Below the pieces are notes generated by a model. That model searched no databases, was not told the DNA's origin, and was given only the letters and a program-made list of their open reading frames with translations. Position numbers and translations under genes: made by a program. From Acutalibacteraceae bacterium (lineage in GTDB: Bacteria; Bacillota; Clostridia; Oscillospirales; Acutalibacteraceae), in contig JAZNMU010000084.1 of the NCBI GenBank assembly GCA_045579865.1, positions 31,576 to 95,575 of the forward strand: 64,000 bases of DNA, in the 5' to 3' direction. Shown in pieces: positions 33,435 to 43,246 of the stretch (position 1 is the stretch's first letter; every line of letters starts with the position of its first letter).

Positions 33435-35240
33435 TTATTCGGTTTCAGTTTCTTCTTCGGTTTCATCTTCGAGTCTCAAGCTGTCTTTATGCTTTTTATT
33501 CATCATAAAGCCGATAAGACCGCCGAGAGCGATGAGGCTTGTGGGAGCGGCTACGATTTCGGGGTTTTCTGCTACGGTCTGCGTAACCTGCCGGAGAAAG
33601 CTTCCGCCTTCGTTTTCGTCTTTTTCGGTAGTTACGGTATAGGTCTTTGTTGTGATTACATTACCGAAAGCATCAGTTTCATAAACGCCTTCCAGAAGCT
33701 GACCCAGATAGTCGGCATTGTAATAATCGGTGGTTGAAGTATCGCCTGAGGAGGGAAGATCACTGCCGTAGGTAGAAAGAATATCCTGAGCGTAACCGGA
33801 TGTTGCCGACTGTCCCTGTGTCGCTCCGATACCGCTGAAAACACTTTCGACAATCTGTGATGCCTTTTCGTTGTCAGTAGGAATTAGGTTGTTTACCATG
33901 TCCTGAACCTGACCTACTACACCTGTCTCTCCCGAAGATTCGAGGACGGGATTTTTTATGATTGTGAATTCGTAAAGAGCGATGTCTTTCCTGTTTCCGT
34001 CATCGTAGTTTACTTCGAGGAAGATAACTTCCTTGTCTTTTGAAGTGTCAAGAGGTGTGGAAGTGGTGGAACCGGGGGCGACCGGTACACCCTGAAGGTA
34101 CAGTGTCAAAGGAGCCTTGTTTCCGCCGTTAAGCTGGTCGCCGATGGTGATGGGAGTGAACCATATTTTTTCGCAGGAGGGAGCAACCTCTAATTTGTAG
34201 CTGAGTATGTCGCTGAAAAACTCCTGCTCGAGAGCGAAGTATCCGTGCTTGCAGGCAAGATTGAAAAGCTTTTCGGTGGAGGCTGTTTCAGAAGCGGCTA
34301 CACCTTTTTCCGTGAGCATGGTTTCGAGGACTAGACGGTGAACGGCGAGCTTATTTTCGCTCTGTGAAGCGAGATAAAGTGCTGAGTAGTCGATTTCCAC
34401 ATCGTAAGCCATGGAGAGAATGGTGGCAAAATATCTGTAGTCTACATATTCTTTGTCTGCGTCTGTTACTTTGTTGTATTTTGTGAGAGGAACATTTTCC
34501 TCATTTTCTGTTATTACAACTACCTTAAGATAGTAGAAAAGCTCTTCTGTTGTAGGATTGGCTGAAAGGGGAATGTAGGCATAATCTCCCAGGTATTGCT
34601 TTATTGCCTGAATGCCGAGGCCTGAAACGGATTCAACTCCTGAAGGAACGGTTACACCTGTGAGAGCACCGAGAATTATGGTGAGAGCACCGTCCAGAGA
34701 AATACCCGCGGGGAAATCGGTTTTCTTATCGTATATGGCATAGATTGCATTGAATTCAATAGCTGCATAAACTATACCTATTTTCATCTTGTCTTCTTTT
34801 GTGGCTTCATCGGGAAGGGCGATTCCGTTTCGGGTGAGAACAGCACACATTTTATCAAAGTTGTCGGTCATACCTGATGAAACAACAGTATAATAAACCA
34901 TTTCAACGAGAGCGGAATAGATATTATCCAGAGCGTTTTCATCCAGTGAATTAAGAGATATATAACGGTCACATTCCTCGATGAATTCTTCGTATGTATG
35001 ACTGTAGGGGTTGTCGGCAGGAGTGGGAGTAAGAGTAGCCGGAACAACTGCCATATCGTCAGTTCTTACAAAAAGCTGATCAATCCAGGCGAAGTTATAT
35101 TCGGGGTTAGGGTTGCGGGTGTTACCGGGATTGAGTGCGAGTCCGTCGTCAAGAGAGACAACAACCGCAGAGGCGCACATAGGCAGAGCCGTTATAATAA
35201 TCATCAAAACTGCAAGAAAAATTGCTGATGCTTTTTTCAT
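33435..35240 (-). CDS. hypothetical surface protein with signal peptide and C-terminal membrane anchor
   Basis: N-terminal MKKASAIFLAVLMIIITALPMCASA. C-terminal SLIALGGLIGFMM plus KKHK stop-transfer and an acidic tail. Confidence 0.7.
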   Translation of the reverse strand: MKKASAIFLAVLMIIITALPMCASAVVVSLDDGLALNPGNTRNPNPEYNFAWIDQLFVRTDDMAVVPATLTPTPADNPYSHTYEEFIEECDRYISLNSLDENALDNIYSALVEMVYYTVVSSGMTDNFDKMCAVLTRNGIALPDEATKEDKMKIGIVYAAIEFNAIYAIYDKKTDFPAGISLDGALTIILGALTGVTVPSGVESVSGLGIQAIKQYLGDYAYIPLSANPTTEELFYYLKVVVITENEENVPLTKYNKVTDADKEYVDYRYFATILSMAYDVEIDYSALYLASQSENKLAVHRLVLETMLTEKGVAASETASTEKLFNLACKHGYFALEQEFFSDILSYKLEVAPSCEKIWFTPITIGDQLNGGNKAPLTLYLQGVPVAPGSTTSTPLDTSKDKEVIFLEVNYDDGNRKDIALYEFTIIKNPVLESSGETGVVGQVQDMVNNLIPTDNEKASQIVESVFSGIGATQGQSATSGYAQDILSTYGSDLPSSGDTSTTDYYNADYLGQLLEGVYETDAFGNVITTKTYTVTTEKDENEGGSFLRQVTQTVAENPEIVAAPTSLIALGGLIGFMMNKKHKDSLRLEDETEEETETE

Positions 35241-35536
35241 TTTCTTTCGCTCCTGTCTTTAAATATCATATCTTTATATGAATTGAGATACATTAATCCA
35301 TTATTATACATAGTATATGATACAACTTTATCTCTTTGTTGTCAACCTAATGGAGAATTATTCGAAAAAAATTAACATAAAAACCGAAGTTCATTCTTGT
35401 TAATAATGTATAAACTTTATCTTATTTATGAAAGATTATTGATATAATAAGATAACTGTGATAGTATTATATAAATGAGTCGGACGCAGAGGGAAAATCT
35501 GCGTTTCGGTTTTGTATAAGAAAGGAGAATTTTAAA

Positions 35537-37303
35537 ATGTCGAATCCTGTTGCAGGGTTAGCCGATAAAGCCAAAGGGCTTTATACGGAAATAAAAACCC
35601 ATTGGAACACACCTGCTGAAGGCAAGTACGTTCCTTATAAAGAATATAAGGATGTATTTTTTGCAGTAGGCAGCAACTATGCAGGCTCTAAGGTGCTGGA
35701 GTACATCGGTTTTGCTTCTGCCTGCTTCCTTATTATGCACCACTACAACATACCCTATCTCACCTTCTCTGTCATAGGCATCCTTAATATGCCTCTGGGC
35801 TATATTACTGCTCTTATGTGGTGGATAGTATGTGACAATCTCGGTTTTATTCCCAAACGTCTGGAAAAGAAGTTTTATCTGATATACGGTCTTATGATGG
35901 CCTTTGGTATATCGACCATACTCTTCGATTATTCTCTGCTGTTCAATCAGGACGGAGGATTTATCAGAATCCTTAACAGTCTTGAGGGTATGAACGCCAC
36001 AGCCTGTTTCAAAACCTTCGGTACACACTTCCTGTATTCAGGCTGGGTGGGTGCACGAAATATTTTCTGGCGTAAAAAGCTTCTTCCTAAATACGGCAGA
36101 TATAAGTATTCACTTTACTGTGATGTTGTTTCCAAATGTATTATGGTAGTTCTTATAGGCTGGCTTCCCGTTTATAACATTCCCGATGTTGCAACAAGAG
36201 TCTGGGTTGCTAATCTTCTCTTTGCAGTTTACGGTGTATTCGGCTTTGCCAACAACCTCGAAATCTGTACCAAGAGCATCAGCCCCAATCCCAAGGAAAG
36301 AATTTATGTCCGTACATATCCCGTCAAGCTTTCCCACTTCTTACAGACAATTATGTTCGTAGGTATCTCTGCTATTGTAGGTAAGCTCAGATTCGAATGG
36401 GCAGACATCAACTTCTACAGATGGGTTATCCCTGTTTCCTTTATCAGCCTTGCTGTTCTTACTATGGCATTTGCAGGTAAGACAAAGGAAAGAATTCCTC
36501 AGCCTCCCATTGAGGAAAAGCCTCATATCAAATTCTGGGACGGTCTTTTCGGTGTTCTGAGAAACAAGTATCTTCTTATCAATACCATTGTAGGTCTTAT
36601 CGACTCTCTCGGTAACGGTATGCTTCCCTTTGTTACCATTCTTTATTTTTATACCTTCCGTCTGAGCGGTCTTCCCTACAGCCTGCTTTCGATTCTCATT
36701 TCCTTCGCAGGCACACCGCCCGACTTCTTCTCACCCTATTTCCTCAAGAGATTCTCTTATAAGCAGATTATGATTTTCTATCAGGTCACAAGAGCTTTAG
36801 GTAATGCTGCTATCGCTGCTGCGATGTGGTTTACGGGTGATAACCTTATGGTCTGCGGTACAATCTGTCTTGTAGTTATGTTCCTTATGGAAATGACAAA
36901 GACTATTCCCACCACTGCAGGTCACGATATGGGTGTTAAGATTCACGACTATCAGATGTATCTTTCAGGTGAACGTCTTGAAAGCTTCGCCGGTATCTTC
37001 GGCTGGTTCACAGGACCTATCACTTCATTCGTAGGTATGATTATTCCGCTTCTTCTTCTCGCATGGGGCTTCAACAGTAACTGGGAGGTTCTCTTCATCG
37101 ACGAGACAAGAAGAAATATCATCGTTATTCCCATTCTTGTTGACGTTATCGGCTTTGCTCTTATGACGATTCCCTACATTTTCTGGGACTATGATGCTAA
37201 GAAGCAAGGTATGGTTATGGAGGTTCTCAAGCGCAGAGCTGAAGTTACCGAAAAACAGGCTAAGGAATCAGGTTCATCTGCTTCTGGCGGATTTGTAGGT
37301 TAA
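35537..37303 (+). CDS. polytopic membrane protein, possible MFS/GPH-like transporter
   Basis: More than 10 hydrophobic segments. No family signature recognised. Confidence 0.55.
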   Translation: MSNPVAGLADKAKGLYTEIKTHWNTPAEGKYVPYKEYKDVFFAVGSNYAGSKVLEYIGFASACFLIMHHYNIPYLTFSVIGILNMPLGYITALMWWIVCDNLGFIPKRLEKKFYLIYGLMMAFGISTILFDYSLLFNQDGGFIRILNSLEGMNATACFKTFGTHFLYSGWVGARNIFWRKKLLPKYGRYKYSLYCDVVSKCIMVVLIGWLPVYNIPDVATRVWVANLLFAVYGVFGFANNLEICTKSISPNPKERIYVRTYPVKLSHFLQTIMFVGISAIVGKLRFEWADINFYRWVIPVSFISLAVLTMAFAGKTKERIPQPPIEEKPHIKFWDGLFGVLRNKYLLINTIVGLIDSLGNGMLPFVTILYFYTFRLSGLPYSLLSILISFAGTPPDFFSPYFLKRFSYKQIMIFYQVTRALGNAAIAAAMWFTGDNLMVCGTICLVVMFLMEMTKTIPTTAGHDMGVKIHDYQMYLSGERLESFAGIFGWFTGPITSFVGMIIPLLLLAWGFNSNWEVLFIDETRRNIIVIPILVDVIGFALMTIPYIFWDYDAKKQGMVMEVLKRRAEVTEKQAKESGSSASGGFVG

Positions 37304-37318
37304 AAGGAGGGATATATA

Positions 37319-38599
37319 ATGAGTAAGAAAACAAAGACAAAAGTCTCTCAGCTTGATGCAGACGTTACCCTTGATATCCCTGAAAATGAAATATGGACTT
37401 ATAAAATTGACGGTCTTGCTGCTCCTCATATCAACAAGCCCTTCAATAAGGCAACTCAGAAAAAGATAGCACTTGTGCTTGTAATTATCGTTTCCGTTGC
37501 TCTTTCAATGTATTTCAGTATTATGAGCGTTGTTCAGAGAGGTAGTCTTGAGTTTGAAGAAACAGCAGAAGGAATTACCTTTACAAGATATTCCAATGTT
37601 GACAAGGAGCCTCTCAGAGAGCTTGACATTGATTATGTTTTCGCTATGGAAAACGGCAAGCAGGTCAAGGACGAAACAAAAAAGATTACAGCTGTCGGCG
37701 CTTTTGCTCTCAACGGCGAAGGTAACGTAAGAGTTATTAATATCGGTCCTGATGTTGAATTCATTGATGAGAAGGCGTTTTATTCCTGCTGGGCTCTCGA
37801 AAGAATAGAGGTTGACGAAAACAATCCCTATTATTCAGATATTGACGGTGTTCTTTACAATAAAGATCAGACAGTTGTTATGAATTATCCCTGTAACCAC
37901 GACCAGTATCTCCGTGTGAAATACGGTTATGACATTCCCGAGGCAGAGAAAAAAGACGGCGACTGGGATAAATATAAAGAGCCCCACCGTGCAACAACTA
38001 CCGAGGAATACAGTGCACAGCTCGGAAATCCTGATGTAACCATCGAGCAGTACAGAAAGGATATCCAGACCTATGTTGTTCCTTCAACTGTTGAGGTTAT
38101 CGGCGAACTTGCCTTTGCTTACACAAACATTCAGGAAATCTATCTTCCCGAGGGGCTTAAGAGAATAGAGGTTATGGGTCTGTTTAAGCTTCATGAGCCC
38201 GCATCTTGGGGCGGAAATGTTCCTTCACTGAATAATGTTTATACTTACACAGCAAAGGACATTACCGATTCTGCATTCACTTCAGAGGAAGCACTCGGAG
38301 AAACTTATCTCTCACTTCCCGAAGGTCTTGAATATATCGGCTCTGACGCATTCAGCTATAATCAGGAGCTCCAGTATCTCTACATTCCTTCTACAGTGAC
38401 ATTTATAGGTCACCACGCTTTCTGGGACTGCGTATATAAGCAGGACGGCCAGCTCAAGGGTGTGAGTGTAATTAATGTAGCTGTTGCAGAGGATGCTTTC
38501 AAAGCAGTAGAGTTAGGCGATCAGTGGAGACCTCAGCACGATCATCTTCTCTTTAAAAAGAGCGTTGGCATCAATTACGAGGCACAGAGAGGCGAATAA
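37319..38599 (+). CDS. membrane-anchored BspA-type leucine-rich repeat protein
   Basis: N-terminal TM helix. Repeats of the I.E.AF..C..L..I.IP..V..IG type. Confidence 0.7.
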   Translation: MSKKTKTKVSQLDADVTLDIPENEIWTYKIDGLAAPHINKPFNKATQKKIALVLVIIVSVALSMYFSIMSVVQRGSLEFEETAEGITFTRYSNVDKEPLRELDIDYVFAMENGKQVKDETKKITAVGAFALNGEGNVRVINIGPDVEFIDEKAFYSCWALERIEVDENNPYYSDIDGVLYNKDQTVVMNYPCNHDQYLRVKYGYDIPEAEKKDGDWDKYKEPHRATTTEEYSAQLGNPDVTIEQYRKDIQTYVVPSTVEVIGELAFAYTNIQEIYLPEGLKRIEVMGLFKLHEPASWGGNVPSLNNVYTYTAKDITDSAFTSEEALGETYLSLPEGLEYIGSDAFSYNQELQYLYIPSTVTFIGHHAFWDCVYKQDGQLKGVSVINVAVAEDAFKAVELGDQWRPQHDHLLFKKSVGINYEAQRGE

Positions 38600-38609
38600 A
38601 TAAACTTTA

Positions 38610-38640
38610 AAGAGGACGGTTTTTTCCGCCCTCTTTTTTG
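38610..38640 (+). terminator. rho-independent terminator
   Basis: AAGAGGACGG / CCGCCCTCTT stem followed by TTTT. Confidence 0.75.
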
Positions 38641-38732
38641 CTTAAAAATTATTAAAACGAAAAATAAGATTGAAATTATGAACAAGCTATGATAAATTAA
38701 GATGTAAATAATTTTTTTCGGAGGTAAAAACA

Positions 38733-40238
38733 ATGAAAAAAGTATTGTGCTTTGTTATGTCTTTTGTACTGCTTTTCTCCTGCGTGGGAACTGCTTTTGC
38801 TGCAGGAACAGAGGAGCATCTTCCTCAAATTTATGTTTCAGGCATCGGATCCAGAGCAGTTTATGAAATTGGCGATCCGGATAAAAAATCTCTTTTCTAT
38901 CCCATTAACGGGGAGGCAATGCTCGGCAATCTCAGTAATTTCGGCAGATACGCCGAAGAGTCAATAGCTAAAAATGAACCGGACATTCTTTATAACTGTA
39001 TTTATTCCTGGATGTGGGACACTATGGGCAAGGCTGCTCTCGATACAGACGGTATCAGCAATAAATTCAATGTAACCATTGATCCGTGCCCGCTTGATTA
39101 TGAAGGTGACGGAAAGTATACTTTTAATTATGACAGCCGTCTTGACCCTGTTGACCTGGCTCATCAGCTTTATGAATATGTAGGCTGGGTAAAAGCACAT
39201 TCGGGTCAGGACAGATACGAGCTTATCGGTTCCAGCTACGGCACAGCTATTATTGCAGCATATATGCACGAATATGAGGATGAATGGGACAATACGGACT
39301 CTGTTCTTCTCTGTGTACCATCTCTTCCCGGTGTGGATTTCGTAGGTGAGGTTTTCAGCGGTACTTTTAATTTTGATCCTGATGTGCTTACGGATTTTGT
39401 GAAATATATGCTCGGTAATGAGGATGTTGACCTGATTCTTGCTATACTCAACAAAACCGGCGCTCTGGAAAAAATACTTGAATACTTCCTCGAACCCGTG
39501 GCACAGGTAGCTCTGCTTAAGGCGGTAAATGCCATTGTTCACGACATTTTCGGAACCTTCCCGTCGATGTGGACCTTTGTCCAGGATGAATATTTCTATG
39601 CTGCACTCGAAAGAGTTTACGGTGAGGATTACACTTCACCTGACCATAGCCACGCAAAGCTTATCGAAAAAATTACCTACTATCACGAAGAGGTTATGGT
39701 AGCCGCTCCTGAAATCTTCCTTGCGGCACAGGAGGCAGGTGTGCATATGAATATCATCGCCAAGTACGGCTATCCCGCTATGCCCTTCAGTAATTCAGGC
39801 GATGTTATCAGTGACAGTCTTGTTGACCTTGAAGATGCCTCCTACGGTGCTACTTGCAGTATGCGCGGTGAAACATTACCCGAAGGCTATATACAGAAGC
39901 TTTATCCCGAATATAATATGATTTCCGCTGACGGATGTGTGGATGCCTCCACCTGTCTGCTCCCTTTTAATACCTGGATTATAAAGGATCTCAAGCACGA
40001 GGAAAAGCCCGCAGACTATTGGGAAATGCTCGATGTTATCGTATATGATAATATCGATGTGAATTCCACGGAGAAATATCCCCAGTTTATGCAGAAGTGT
40101 CCCACAGACGGTGAAAAGTTAGAGCCTATGACTGCTCCCGAGGAAAAACAGGAAAGCTCACTCATTCAGGACTGCATCAGACTTCTTACCCGTCTGATTG
40201 AGCTTCTTACACAGTTAATCAGTAATTATATAAAATAA
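38733..40238 (+). CDS. secreted alpha/beta-hydrolase (lipase/esterase-like)
   Basis: Signal peptide and a GSSYG nucleophile elbow (GxSxG). Confidence 0.55.
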   Translation: MKKVLCFVMSFVLLFSCVGTAFAAGTEEHLPQIYVSGIGSRAVYEIGDPDKKSLFYPINGEAMLGNLSNFGRYAEESIAKNEPDILYNCIYSWMWDTMGKAALDTDGISNKFNVTIDPCPLDYEGDGKYTFNYDSRLDPVDLAHQLYEYVGWVKAHSGQDRYELIGSSYGTAIIAAYMHEYEDEWDNTDSVLLCVPSLPGVDFVGEVFSGTFNFDPDVLTDFVKYMLGNEDVDLILAILNKTGALEKILEYFLEPVAQVALLKAVNAIVHDIFGTFPSMWTFVQDEYFYAALERVYGEDYTSPDHSHAKLIEKITYYHEEVMVAAPEIFLAAQEAGVHMNIIAKYGYPAMPFSNSGDVISDSLVDLEDASYGATCSMRGETLPEGYIQKLYPEYNMISADGCVDASTCLLPFNTWIIKDLKHEEKPADYWEMLDVIVYDNIDVNSTEKYPQFMQKCPTDGEKLEPMTAPEEKQESSLIQDCIRLLTRLIELLTQLISNYIK

Positions 40239-40244
40239 AAAAAC

Positions 40245-40273
40245 AGGTGGCACCTCTTCGGAAGTGTCACCTT
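40245..40273. terminator. bidirectional terminator
   Basis: AGGTGGCAC...GTGTCACCT stem between convergent genes. Confidence 0.7.
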
Positions 40274-40283
40274 AAATATTTTA

Positions 40284-41285
40284 TTAAAGAAGCTCTGCTC
40301 CGTGCTCTTTACAGTACTTCACGGTTTCTTCATCCCAGTAGGAGGACTGTACCTCGCCGATATGTGCCTTTCTCAGGAAGAACAGACACATTCTTGACTG
40401 ACCGATACCGCCTCCGATGGTGTAGGGAAGCTCACCGTTTAAAAGAGCCTTATGGAAGGGGAGGGACTTTCTGTCTTCGCATCCGCTTTCCTTAAGCTGA
40501 CGGTTTAATGCATCCTCGTCCACACGGATACCCATAGAGGAAAGCTCGAGAGCGATGTCGAGAAGGGGATAGTATACTATAATATCACCGTTGAGGGTCC
40601 AGTCATCGTAGTCAGGTGCTCTGCCATCGTGAGGCTTGCCGTCCTTTAGCTTGTCACCGATGCCGATGATGAAAACTGCACCGTGTTCCTTTGCGATGGC
40701 GTATTCTCTTTCCTTACGGGAAAGGTCGGGATATTTTTCTTCTAGCTCGCCTGAAGTGATGAAGGTTATCTTTTCAGGGAGAAGACTTCCGATAAAGTTA
40801 TATTCTTTAGTTATGTAGTACTCTGTATGACGAAGAGCTGCATAAATGAGCTTTACGGTCTTTTTGAGAGTTTCCATTGTTCTTTCTTCTTTGGTGATAA
40901 TCTTTTCCCAGTCCCACTGGTCAACGAAAATAGAATGGATGTTATCCGTATCCTCGTCACGGCGGATGGCGTTCATATCCGTGTAAAGACCTTCACCCTT
41001 TTCGAAGCCGTACATTTTCAGCGCGAAGCGCTTCCATTTGGCGAGGGAGTGAACGATTTCAAAATTTTTACCGCTGAAAACATCGAAGCTTACAGGTCTT
41101 TCGGTGCCGTTCAGATTATCGTTCATACCGCTGTCCGCATCGACAAAGAGAGGTGCAGAGACTCGGGTAAGATTGAGCTCGATGGCAAGGTCTCTTTCAA
41201 AAAAGTCCTTTACCTTTTTGATAGCGATTTCGGTTTCTCTCAGGTTAAGGTGAGAAACATAGTTTTCGGGAATACAGTGAGGCAT
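40284..41285 (-). CDS. asnA: aspartate-ammonia ligase (asparagine synthetase A)
   Basis: Class II aaRS-like AsnA pattern, ending [26 protein letters not shown] before ATG 41285. Confidence 0.85.
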   Translation of the reverse strand: MPHCIPENYVSHLNLRETEIAIKKVKDFFERDLAIELNLTRVSAPLFVDADSGMNDNLNGTERPVSFDVFSGKNFEIVHSLAKWKRFALKMYGFEKGEGLYTDMNAIRRDEDTDNIHSIFVDQWDWEKIITKEERTMETLKKTVKLIYAALRHTEYYITKEYNFIGSLLPEKITFITSGELEEKYPDLSRKEREYAIAKEHGAVFIIGIGDKLKDGKPHDGRAPDYDDWTLNGDIIVYYPLLDIALELSSMGIRVDEDALNRQLKESGCEDRKSLPFHKALLNGELPYTIGGGIGQSRMCLFFLRKAHIGEVQSSYWDEETVKYCKEHGAELL

Positions 41286-41337
41286 AAAACCACCCTTTCG
41301 TGTAAGACCGCATTTCTGCAGTGTCAATATAAATGAC

Positions 41338-41367
41338 ATTATAACAAATTTGACTGCTTTATGTCAA
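41338..41367 (-). promoter_or_regulatory. sigma-A type promoter of asnA
   Basis: On the minus strand: TTGACA, 18-nt spacer, TATAAT. Confidence 0.55.
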
Positions 41368-41483
41368 TATTCAGTTTCAATTAATAACAAAAGATGACAC
41401 TTCGTCAAAGTGCACAAAAATATTTATTGATGTTCTCACAATTTGACCAAAGAGTAGAAACGATATTTTTTTGCAAAAAACTA

Positions 41484-41512
41484 TTGATTTTTTGTTTTTT
41501 GTAGTGTATTAT
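41484..41512 (+). promoter_or_regulatory. orphan sigma-A type promoter (TTGATT-N17-TATTAT with upstream TG)
   Basis: Seen directly. No ORF follows it. Confidence 0.5.
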
Positions 41513-41519
41513 AAGCACG

Positions 41520-41640
41520 TACTTGAGAGACAGGTACGATGAAAGGAACGAAAGTTCCGGATTAATATGCTTACTCCACTATAATGTTTTCTTCATATTT
41601 TCTCCTTTTAAAAGCACTCGGTTTCTCCCCGGGTGTTTTT
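41520..41640 (+). ncRNA. candidate small RNA (~120 nt) bounded by promoter and terminator
   Basis: Internal hairpins GTAC...GTAC and GGAAC-GAAA-GTTCC. A C/U-rich stretch TTCTCCTTTT. Terminator CACTCGG...CCGGGTG followed by TTTTTAATTTTTT. Confidence 0.35.
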
Positions 41641-41801
41641 AATTTTTTAACGCATAATTGGTGGTCGCTAAAAATTAAAAGATGTATTGTCGGGGACGGC
41701 GCCTCGACGTCCCGTCAGATTACCCTAAGGATACGGCGTGCCGCATCATAAAGGTTAGCTTATTCGGTATGTAAATAAATCAAAAAAGTATAGTTTTTAT
41801 C

Positions 41802-41830
41802 TTGACTTTACCACTTCATTGTGGTAAAAT
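41802..41830 (+). promoter_or_regulatory. his operon promoter with embedded palindromic operator
   Basis: TTGACT-N17-TAAAAT with an extended TG. The spacer carries TTTACCAC-N6-GTGGTAAA, perfect 8-bp arms. Confidence 0.6.
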
Positions 41831-41864
41831 GCTAACACGTTAAAACAAAGAGGTGCTAAATACT

Positions 41865-42155
41865 ATGTATAAAAGAAATACAGAGGCTGTCGAAAAACTG
41901 TACAGCGCCATACTTACCCTGAAAAACAGCGAGGAGTGTGCTCTCTTTTTTGAGGATATATGTACCATTCAGGAGCTTGAAACCTTTGCGCAGAGATTAG
42001 AGGTTGCCGAAAATCTTTCCAAAGGAAAAAGCTATCAGGAAGTAAATAAAATCACAGGTGCCTCCACAGCCACCATCAGCCGTGTAGGCAAATGCATAAA
42101 TTACGGTGCAGGCGGATATAAAATGGTATTAGACAGACTCAGTGAGGTTGAATGA
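41865..42155 (+). CDS. yerC: YerC/YecD family TrpR-like DNA-binding protein
   Basis: EECALFFEDICTIQELETFAQRLEVA...SY.E....GASTATISRV matches the YerC/YecD family. Confidence 0.8.
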   Translation: MYKRNTEAVEKLYSAILTLKNSEECALFFEDICTIQELETFAQRLEVAENLSKGKSYQEVNKITGASTATISRVGKCINYGAGGYKMVLDRLSEVE

Positions 42156-43246
42156 TGATTAACAGTTCTATTCTTAAAAGCGAAGAAAGAGTTTCCTTTG
42201 CTCTTCGCTCTCTTTACAGCCGTTTCGGTTACGGAAGATATAAAATGAATAAATTTGAGGAATATGACCTTTATGTGCGAAACAAGGATTTCCTCATTTC
42301 TGACGGAGTAATTACTTTTACGGATACTAACGGTAAGCTTTTAGCACTTAAGCCTGACGTCACCCTTTCTATTATAAAAAACACGAAGGATATGAAGGGA
42401 TTTGTGCAGAAGCTTTACTATGACGAGCATGTTTACCGTATTTCGAAGGACTCCCACTCCTTCAGGGAAATCGCCCAGACAGGTCTCGAGTGCATCGGTG
42501 ACATCGGTATTACTGATATATGTGAGGTTATTTATCTTTCTCTTATGAGCTTACAGAGTATCAGCGAAAGCTATATTCTCGACCTTTCACACGCAGGGCT
42601 TATGACGGCTCTTTTCGACTGTATCGGTCTCAGAAAAGAAGACAAAAGCAAGGTAGTCTCTCTTATTAATGAAAAGAACTATGACGGTGTGAAGACCTTC
42701 GGTGACGAGGTGTCTGCACTTGCCAAGGCGCTTATGACTGCACGAAGGGATATAGATGTAATTAAAAAAGCGGTAGAGCCGTACAGAGAAAATGAAGAGG
42801 TTAAAAAGAACTTCGACGAGTTTGAGGATATTTATCTCTGCCTCTGTAATCTCGGAATGAGGGACAAAATCAATATAGATTTTTCCATCGTAAGTGACAT
42901 CAGCTACTACAGCGGTACTCTCTTTAAGGGTTATGTAGAGGGCATTCCCGCAAGTGTACTTTCAGGCGGTCAGTATGACGGTCTGATGAAAAAAATGGGT
43001 AAAAGCTCAGGTGCTGTAGGCTTCGCTGTATATCTTGATATGCTCGAGCGCTTCGGGAAAGAAGAAAAGGAATACGACTACGATACGGTGGTTATCATCA
43101 GTGAAAAGACACCGCCCGAAAAGGTTATAAAAACCGTAAGCGACCTTTCCTCAAAGGGTGAAAAGGTTATTGCTCTTAAAAGTGTTTCTGACACGGTAAG
43201 ATATAAAAATATAGTCAGGATATGGGAGGGTGAAAATAATGATTAA
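42152..43246 (+). CDS. hisZ: ATP phosphoribosyltransferase regulatory subunit
   Basis: HisRS-like core without an anticodon domain. Directly upstream of a short-form hisG. Confidence 0.8.
   Translation: MMINSSILKSEERVSFALRSLYSRFGYGRYKMNKFEEYDLYVRNKDFLISDGVITFTDTNGKLLALKPDVTLSIIKNTKDMKGFVQKLYYDEHVYRISKDSHSFREIAQTGLECIGDIGITDICEVIYLSLMSLQSISESYILDLSHAGLMTALFDCIGLRKEDKSKVVSLINEKNYDGVKTFGDEVSALAKALMTARRDIDVIKKAVEPYRENEEVKKNFDEFEDIYLCLCNLGMRDKINIDFSIVSDISYYSGTLFKGYVEGIPASVLSGGQYDGLMKKMGKSSGAVGFAVYLDMLERFGKEEKEYDYDTVVIISEKTPPEKVIKTVSDLSSKGEKVIALKSVSDTVRYKNIVRIWEGENND

Noticed and set aside
35481-35515. Hairpin GACGCAGA...TCTGCGTT upstream of the 35537 membrane protein as a riboswitch or attenuator
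   Set aside because: It is a single short stem with no recognisable aptamer or alternative structure. The evidence is insufficient.
41286-41864. T-box or attenuator leader for asnA or the his operon
   Set aside because: The asnA promoter is only ~50 nt from its start. The his promoter is ~35 nt from yerC. AATTGGTGGTCGC at 41657 only loosely resembles a T-box and lies after the terminator, not before it. There is no run of His codons.
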